Assembly: GCA_951406725.2 (NCBI GenBank)
Contig: OX597816.1
Location: 87,172,001-87,236,000 of the forward strand
Direction of reading: 5' to 3'
DNA length: 64,000 nt
Origin: Octopus vulgaris
Lineage: Eukaryota
Below the pieces are notes generated by a model. It did not search any database. It worked only from the letters and a program-made list of their open reading frames with translations, and was not told the origin of the DNA. The stretch's first letter is position 1, and each line of letters begins with the position of its first letter. Positions 55,826 through 64,000 of this stretch are shown piece after piece. Both the position numbers and the translations under genes were made by a program.

Positions 55826-57639
55826 TCATTGTTGAAGTGACCTAACAATAACATAAAATGTTATAGAGTTATGAAACATAAAAATGCATAATACACATAT
55901 TTATACCTTTTATATTTATGTATTTCTTAAATCAATTGATTTTAGTGTCCTCAAATGCTAGTATCACCACCTTAGTGGGATTTCATCACACCAAAATACC
56001 TATCAGTTTCTAAATGACTGGTTTTGCTTCGGTCTGAACAATTTGCCATTTCACAATTTACAAGTTTCATCTACTTTTTTATTTAAATAACAACGACTTG
56101 ACTTACCTGTTCAAGTCATCTCGAAGAGGCTGAGAATTTCATCAGATAGAAAAGATTCTAACTTAGCTTCTTCAATATCTCCTGCTATAGCTGACTTCCT
56201 TTACCAAAAGGCAAAACAGTTAAATGCTTTTCCCGTGCTTAGATGACAGCAAGGGTTTTACAAGATATGATATGCCCAGATAATAGCTACTGTCATACTT
56301 AACAAAAGATGAAAGCTCACAAATAGACAATGCATAAAGTTTGGATTTTTGAATCGGGATTGCAGTCAGACAATCCATGTGTTATTTTTTGACAAAACGC
56401 ATTTTCCTGTTGACTACGCTCCCATATGTATAATTTTAACTGGAATTGTATTTACCTTTTATCGACATTACATGGCCAATATACTTTACAAAATCGTTTA
56501 AAGTTCTCGGCTTAAAACTGCGCAGACTGAGGACGTTCACCATTGTCCATCATTAGATATATTCTTCACTACCAGACTATAAAATGCGACAGCATGCATT
56601 CTAATGGCAGCGTTTCATAGATAGCACAAGTCTATTTTCCTAACTACATTCCAGTTACCAAGAGCTTCTCCTTAGCTTGCGCTTGATCTAGTAATGCAGC
56701 TTACTCGACTTAATGATTGCCATATCTTTCCAACTTCCGTGGCTATTCGTTTCCGCTGTCGGCAGTGTAAGCAAAACTCTGGTTGTTGAGAATAGTTCCA
56801 CTCTGCTGCGGAGAAGGGAGTAGGGGAAAGGGAAAAGGGGGAAATGGAGATGAGGAGGGGAGAGTAAGGAGAGAGGGGAGAATGCTGAGGGAGAAAGAGA
56901 AGATGGGGAGGGGAGGGGGAAGAGTGGAAAATGGGGATGAGGAGAAACAGTCACAAAGCCAGCAGATAAGGAGCTTCATAATCTTTTATCAAGTTCTCGT
57001 TGGTACCTTTCTACTTTCGTAGAAAATTGCCAGGACTTATTAATTGCATAGTGATCAGGGGACAGCTCAATGACGTCAATGCATATTCAAATTATTCCAG
57101 CATAGAATTCATTGATTAGAGCATTGATCTAAATGAACAGCCATTGTCAAAGACAATATACCACACGATATTGAGATGTCTTAAACAAGAACACTGCCAA
57201 ATTAAATAACATTAAAATTGGAAATAGCTTAATCGCTTTCTGCTTAATTTGATTACGAGATATAAAACCATGAAGCAAAAATGGCTGCTTTTCTGTTGTT
57301 TTGTATTTTTGTGGAATTTCAAGAGCACCCATTTAAATTCTGAGTTCAAATTCCACTGAGAAAGATTTTTTCTTTCATTAATCCGTGGTAGCAGTCAGAT
57401 TCTGAGGTCAATATAATCGGTGATCCTCAGCATTAGTGGCCTTCTGCCACTATACGAATTGTATATGTACCAGTTCCGTTAACAATGCACTTCTCTAAGA
57501 TCACAGGTTCTGAAATGCTTTTAGACCCATATGCTCTGGTGTTTCTACAACATTTTGTGGACCCTCTCTAGAACCTTGTAACTTATGCCGTTTTTTTTCT
57601 GGAACACCTCAGCAGCTCGGACTAAGTTGTCAAACGACT

Positions 57640-57910
57640 GCACCGACTGTTTTTCCGTCCTTGTTTTTGTATATATTCGATGCTTTCTTCTAAGGAATCT
57701 AATGCTCTTAGTTTAGATTTTCCTTGGGGCTGGCCAGATTGGAGGAATCTCAAGATTAATCAGCCGAAATTACGAGCATGATCTGGTTCTTGACTGAGGA
57801 TAGAAAGCTTAGAATGACCCGTCCTTGTTTTTTTGTATCGTCTATCTGGATGTTTTCTTATCCCTTTTTGTATCACCTAGTTGTCCGGATCTTTTGCGTT
57901 CCTGTCCCAA
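57640..57910 (+). mobile_element. Copy of the retrozyme-like family repeat with permuted hammerhead motif
   Basis: AATC-TCAAGA-ttaat-CAGCC-GAAATT..GATCTGG-t-TCTTGA-CTGAGGA at 57746-57800; ends at (TA)n. Confidence 0.75.
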
Positions 57911-58379
57911 TATATATATATATTTATATACGACAGACTTCTTTCAGTTTCCGTCTACTTAATCCACCCATACAGCTTTGGTCGGCTCGAGACTATAGTA
58001 GAATACACATGGGCAAGGTGCCACGCAGTGGAAATAAACCTGAAACCATGTGGTTGGGAAACAAGCGTCTTACCGCACAGCCACGCCTGTGCCTAGTGGA
58101 TAAATAATACCAATTTTTTTCCAAACTCCTATTTTGGTATATAATGACTCTGCAAAGAATATTGTTCGGAATTTACAACTTTTACGTAAACTCTCTCAGA
58201 TATAACATCTACATACGGATTTGGAATTCTGGAATAAAGAGTTGTGCTTCAAGAAGACACAGCTTGGAGGTTGCACCCTTATGTGTGTGTGTATGTGTGT
58301 GTGCATACATACATATATATATTTATGTATATGTGTGTATATATATATCTATATATATATATATTTTTGTATGTACATC

Positions 58380-58426
<47 letters not shown>

Positions 58427-58497
58427 GAAAAAACAAGTCAAAATAGAAAATGGTAACATAATTTTATAAAGAACATTTCAGTACCGGTTTATACACC

Positions 58498-58579
<82 letters not shown>

Positions 58580-59069
58580 ATTACAGGTATAAACCTGAAC
58601 CTGTAATCTGGATAGAGTAGCTGCAAAGTATGTATGCATACATGTATGCATGTATGTATATACGTATGTATGTATGTATGTATGTATGTATGTATGTATG
58701 TATGTATGTATGTATGTATGTATGTATGTATGTATGTATGTATGTTTGTATGTATGTATGTATGTAAGTTTGTATGTATGTATGTATGTATGTATGTATG
58801 TATCTATGTGTGTGTGAGTATGTATTCCACTGCGTTATATTTCACTGATACGATCAGTGATGACATTTGACCTTGATTATGATGTATATTTGTTTGTAAG
58901 TGTCTAAGCGACAATGTGGAAAAGCCAGAAGTTTCAGACAAGAAAAGAGACCGATTAATATGCATTTTACAGTGATAAACCTGCAATGTAAAACGTCCTT
59001 CAAAATGTTAGAACATATCGAGCAGCAAGTATCAGATGTAACAATCAGTTAATAATAAGAATACTTCAG

Positions 59070-60150
59070 TTAAAGCTGAAGGATGATAGGAATAAAGATG
59101 AGTTTGTAATTGAATATAAGAATCGATTTGTTGGGGCTTGTAAAAGGATAAAAAGAAGGAGACGCATTTCGGGTGATACATACGAAGTTATTGAGGCGCA
59201 ATAGGAACAAAAACGTGAATTGCTGAAAGCTGGAGAAAGAATAAGATGGACCTCCTTAACATGAAAGAGGCTAAACATTGGAGTCACAACAGAGAAATGA
59301 AAAGGTATTCAGGTAGAGATAAAAGAGAATTCTTGAAAGTGAAATCTGTTGAAGCGGATAAATTACTTAAAGCTGAAATCAGAAAACTCGAGGTAAAATA
59401 AATGAAATTTCAAGTAAAGTAAAGAAATCAAAAAAGATTACCTGCGTTTAGAACTAATAATATTTAATATGAACATCGAAGATTAAATTGAAAGAACATC
59501 TTAATATTGTCATGAACAAGGTGTTGAATGAGGAAATGCTCTGATAATTCCTGATCCACAAGTTGAACTGCAAGTAACTTGAGATGAATCATCTGATAAA
59601 GAAATAACAAAAGCCATTGTGTAATTTAACAACGGAAGAGTTCTTGGATTAGATAGAATTGCAGAAGAAATGCTAAAAGCATTACTGAATCTATTTTGTA
59701 ATATACGATTATTGAAAGATACTTGGTGATTGGAAAATTGTTGTAATAACTATGACGCCTAAACATTCGGCGGTACATATTCCTGTGCAACATTGTGTTG
59801 AAAGCGTTCAGTTTGGTTATCCTGAATAAGATACAGCTAGTTTTGGACAATACGCCAAAATGGATAAAGCAGGTCTCGGGCGAACGCGAGGTTGAAGTGA
59901 CTAGTTATTTTTGCTTGTGCATATTGTACAACTACTTATTGAACTCAGACAACCTCTGATCATGAATTTTGTAAAGAGATTTGACATAACGATTATAGCT
60001 TGGAAGCATCACAATGATACGGATGGTTTGCCCTAAAGGTATGACAAACTGATACATAGAATACATCAGCCTATCGACTAACCTAGAAGTCATTACAGCC
60101 GAGTTAGTCTGACGTTCGACTCTTGGAAGCTAATTAATATTCCTGGGTGT
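59070..60150 (+). mobile_element. Degraded RTE-clade LINE RT region
   Basis: RISGDTYEVIE, RDKREFL, EITKAIV*FNNGRVLGLDRIAEEMLKA (compare KAPGxDxI.AEMLK), LKAFSLVILNKI, KAGLGRTRG*SD*LF (compare QAGFR.GRSCTDQIF). Confidence 0.7.
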
Positions 60151-60186
60151 TTGTTCATAAGAACAAGACATACATATAGAAAATTA

Positions 60187-61475
60187 TCATGTCATTCCAT
60201 AAGTTCTGTCCGATTTTACCCTTTTTTTAAAATTGAAATGAAATTGAATACTATTTTAGACTGTCGAATGGAATTAAAAATTATTTCTATGCATTTTAGC
60301 ACATTTAAACTAATTAAATATTATTTTACCGAATAACAGAATTAAATTTTCTTTGGTTAAAACCCTTTCTAACATGGAAGTATCAAAAGAGCATTTGAGG
60401 CACATAATGCTTTATGAGTACAAAAAAGGAAACTCTGCAGCCGAAGCGACTCGAAACATACATTCAGTTTATGGGAAATAATGCTTGAATGAAAGAACTT
60501 GCAGAAGATGGTTTGCAAAATTCACAAGTGGAGATTTCAGCCTTGAAGATGAAGAGTGAACAGGACGTCCAGTTGAGTTTGATGATAAGCTCCTTGGGGC
60601 ATTACTTGAAGAAAATCCTGCATTATCAGTTGAAGAATTGGCAATAAAACTTAGTTCAAACCATACAACTGTTCATCGTCATCTCCAACAACTTAGAAAG
60701 GTTCCTAAACTTGGAAAATGGGTGCCTCATAAATTGTCCGAAAGCAACCACAAATCCCGAGTTGACATCTGCTCTTCTCTCCATTCTCGAGAACTTAATT
60801 CACCCTTTTTGGATAGACTTGTGACCGGTAACGAAAAATGGATCTTCTATCGAAATGTTAAACGTCGAAAACAGTGGCTTGGTAAAAGGGAAAAGTTCAA
60901 ACACAGCCGAGAAGGGAACTCATGGGGAAAAGGTCCTTTTCTCTATCTGGTGGGATTGCAAAGAAGTAATTCACTTTGAATTGTGGCCATCTAATGCAAC
61001 AATCAATGCTCAAGTCTACTGTCAGCAATTAGAACGTTTGAACCAAGCTTTGAAGAAAAAAAGACCCACTTTAGTGAATCGAAAAGGAGTGATGTTTCAT
61101 CAGGACAATGCACGACCCCACACTGCAAAGATCACATCACAGAAGATCGAAGAGCTTGGTTGGGAAAAAATTCCTCATCCACCTTATTCTCCCGACCTTG
61201 CTAGTTCAGACTACCATTTGTTTTGTAACTTACAGAATCATTTGTGGGACATAACTTTTGCAAACCAAGAAGAGGTCGAAACTAACATTTCAGAGTTCTT
61301 CGCCTTGAAACCAAAAGAGTTTTACATTGATGGGATTAAAAAGCTTGTAAATAGATGGAAGGAAGTCATAGATAATGAGGGAAAGTACGTTGAGGATTAA
61401 ATTTCAATTAAATATAACATTTGATCACTTGTTTTCTTTATTCAAAATTCAAACAGAACTTATGGGATGATCTGA
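60187..61475 (+). mobile_element. Full-length mariner (DD34D) transposon with TA TSD
   Basis: TIRs TCATGTCATTCCATAAGTTCTGT and ACAGAACTTATGGGATGATCTGA, with TA on both sides; about 1.29 kb. Confidence 0.95.
60374..61400 (+). pseudogene. Mariner transposase pseudogene
   Basis: MEVSKEHLRHIMLYEYKKG.., WVPHKL, VTGNEKW (first catalytic D changed to N), HQDNARPH, YSPDLASSDYHLF. Two in-frame stops and a frameshift near 60900. Confidence 0.95.
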
Positions 61476-61799
61476 TATATACACCATACTTCAGGAAGTT
61501 GTGTGCTATATTTTTACATGACTCAGATGCACATCAAATAAACTGGTAGCACTCCCTTGTCACTCTCAGTAGCAGAAATACTGCGAGCCAATAATGGTGG
61601 GTGGTGGCATAGAAAATCTGTAACCGGGACGTTATTGTCCATAAATTGCTATACAAAGTAATATGTATAGATCAGAGTGTGGGTGGTTATTTCCTAACTT
61701 TACGGTTTGTTGACGAATAAGGAAGAGAGTACTCAATATATGAAAAGAATGTATAGTTTATTTAAATTTAATAGCTAACTGACGACACAAGTTTCACGC

Positions 61800-61832
<33 letters not shown>

Positions 61833-62876
61833 GGTAAACAGTAAAAATAATTACAGACATGGACAAGAACATGAAACGCCACAGAGACGACACAAGAACC
61901 ACAGGACGGGACATTCGAAGCCCTCAGTCATCAGTCAAGAACCAGATCATCTTAGCAATTTCGGCTGATTAATCTTGAGATTGCTCCGATATGGCCAGCC
62001 CGCCACGGGAAATCTAAGCCAAGTGCATTAGATCCCCTGGAAGAAAGCTTCGAATGTATACAACACGAGGACGGAAAACGAACGAAGTGCACGAACAAAA
62101 ATACAGAATACGTGACAACAATAAGAATACAAAAACGTAAAAACAATAACGGTAAAAATAAAGTATAACAAATAAACAACAAAACAAAACCAGGACGTAG
62201 GACAAGGGTCTTTCGACAGGACGAATTGAGCATGGGGCAGGCTTATGAAGTTGTGCCTAATGGCCACAGGGAGACGAACAAGTACGTGTTGCTTCAACGG
62301 CTGCTGGAACGAAAAGAGCGTTCAACAGCGGCTAGCGGTCACGTGAGAACAAAAGACAAGAGAAAGGGACAGATGAAAAGAGAGAGAAAAGGTGGACGAG
62401 GGAGGAGAAGAAAGAGACAGATCGAGGGGGCTGGAGGTGAGAGAGATAGAGAAACGTAGAAGGGGGGGGGGAAACGGATGGAGAGGGAAAGAAAGGAGGG
62501 GGAATAAGGGAGGAGAGAGAGAGAGAAAGAAAGATTAAGAGTCGTATCAATGCTTGAGAAAAAAATATACATATCGTATAAGGACAATTGTGGATACGTA
62601 GCCGCCGATTATATAGGTAAACAGTAAAAATAATTACAGACATGGACAAGAACATGAAACGCCACAGAGACGACACAAGAACCACAGGACGGGACATTCG
62701 AAGCCCTCAGTCATCAGTCAAGAACCAGATCATCTTAGCAATTTCGGCTGATTAATCTTGAGATTGCTCCGATATGGCCAGCCCGCCACGGGAAATCTAA
62801 GCCAAGTGCATTAGATCCCCTGGAAGAAAGCTTCGAATGTATACAACACGAGGACGGAAAACGAACGAAGTGCACG

Positions 62877-62880
<4 letters not shown>
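61833..62880 (-). mobile_element. Non-coding retrozyme/pLTR-like element: 265-bp direct repeats, 783-bp period, inserted in (TA)n
   Basis: 61833-62097 appears identical to 62616-62880. (TA)n lies immediately outside both ends. No credible ORF. Each repeat holds hammerhead core segments. Confidence 0.85.
61928..62000 (-). ncRNA. Candidate pseudoknotted/permuted hammerhead (second copy 62711-62783)
   Basis: Minus strand GGCTG-g-CCATATC-gg-AGCAAT-C-TCAAGA-ttaat-CAGCC-GAA-ATTGCT-aagat-GATCTGG-t-TCTTGA-CTGATGA. Confidence 0.55.
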
Positions 62881-62913
<33 letters not shown>

Positions 62914-63284
62914 TATGCATAAGCTAGTGGGGGATATACTACATAACATATGCAAAAATATTCTTAATTGAAATTTCCTCTTTGTTGAAGAAAGAAAATA
63001 ACGACTTAGTATTACTGAAGTTGGGTGGCAGAGTCAGAAGCTGACACTCTCAATTCTGTTTTCGCCTCTCTTCTTTGTCCTGCCGATGTTGACCAACAGA
63101 AGTTAAGGCTAGACATCAACCGCATGAATTTCATTCGTATCGGAAGGTCTATAAAGGCCATTTGCACTGTTTCTCTCCCTCCTCCACTGACTAAATTATT
63201 GATAGAAAGCGACCAGAAGATGGATAGACAGTCGTTAGAGCATTGAACTAACTACTATGTGATATTTAATCTGATACCTTGGGC

Positions 63285-63600
63285 TCTAAGTTCAGATCTC
63301 AGCAAGGACTATTTTGCATTCATCCTTCGGGGTCAATAAATTAAGTAGCCGTCAAGCGCTATGCATTGGCGGAATCACTAGAGAGTCCACCGAGGTCGAT
63401 TTGCCTTTCATCCTTTCTGGGTCGATAAATTAAGTACCAGTTGCATACTGGAATCGATCTAATCCACTGGCCCCCTTCCCAAAATTTTCTGGCCTTGTGC
63501 CAGAAAAGGAAACGCTAGAGCGTCAAACAAAATGCATTGCAGTATTTGTTCAGGCTCAGTACGTCGTGAGTTCAAATATCGCTGTGAGCTACTCAACTGT
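63285..63600 (+). mobile_element. Nested/fragmented Deu/Nin-domain SINEs; another head starts at about 63940 and runs off the window
   Basis: Repeated GCMTTCATCCTT..GGGTCRATAAATTAAGTA cores; AAGGCGGTGAGGTAGCAGAATCGTTA head at the window end. Confidence 0.8.
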
Positions 63601-64000
63601 TAATCTTAATCCGTCTCCAAGTTTAAGAACATTACATATCACCTAAGGTACCTCTAGTAGGTTCCACTCAGTTGCAAGCATACGGGCTTGAACGCCTATT
63701 AAAAACCTTCTTTCTTTCGCCTGCACCAGTTTTGGGATCTTTGTGAAGCATCTTGGGCATTGCCTTCTGACAAAAAAAAAATAATAAAAATCTGCTCTAA
63801 ACAAACACAGCAGTGCTATAAGAATCCTTGTCCACTTGTTATTGTATATAAATACCTTGGTATATAGCCTGGGTACCAGGACGATAGCCTATCTCCGTTG
63901 CCTTTTGTTCTCCTCATGATACCACTGAACTTAGCTAAGAAGGCGGTGAGGTAGCAGAATCGTTATCACGCCGGACGAAATGTTTAGCGGCATTTTTTCC

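Noticed and set aside
61928-62000. HDV-like ribozyme interpretation of the double pseudoknot (GCTAAG and CGAATG resemble J4/2)
   Set aside because: There is no UCCUCG-like L3 and no P1.1, and P3 is not adjacent to the P1 3' strand. The hammerhead core fits better.
61833-62880. LTR retrotransposon or TRIM
   Set aside because: The repeats lack TG..CA ends and I saw no PBS or 4-6-bp TSD. The ends merge into (TA)n.

Overview
AT-rich, repeat-saturated animal DNA with no recognisable host protein-coding exon, so probably intronic or intergenic. The SINE families, dense (TA)n/(CA)n/(GATA)n/(TACA)n microsatellites and LINE complement suggest a coleoid cephalopod, probably Octopus (inference). Most ORFs in the supplied track are translated microsatellites. 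Supported content: a near full-length DD34D mariner, two DD37D (maT-type) Tc1/mariner copies, a non-autonomous Helitron, foldback/MITE elements, LINE fragments (RTE, R4/Dong, CR1-like), Penelope-like (GIY-YIG) fragments and many tRNA-derived SINEs. The most notable signal is RNA structure. The window has several canonical minimal hammerhead ribozymes. Two unrelated short-element families also contain every hammerhead core segment but with the strands in a non-circularly permuted ('jumbled', pseudoknotted) order, with compensatory base changes in one family. One such motif lies in a 265-bp direct repeat with a 783-nt period, as expected for a retrozyme-like circular-RNA retroelement inserted in (TA)n. 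All structures were derived by eye and need computational and biochemical confirmation.
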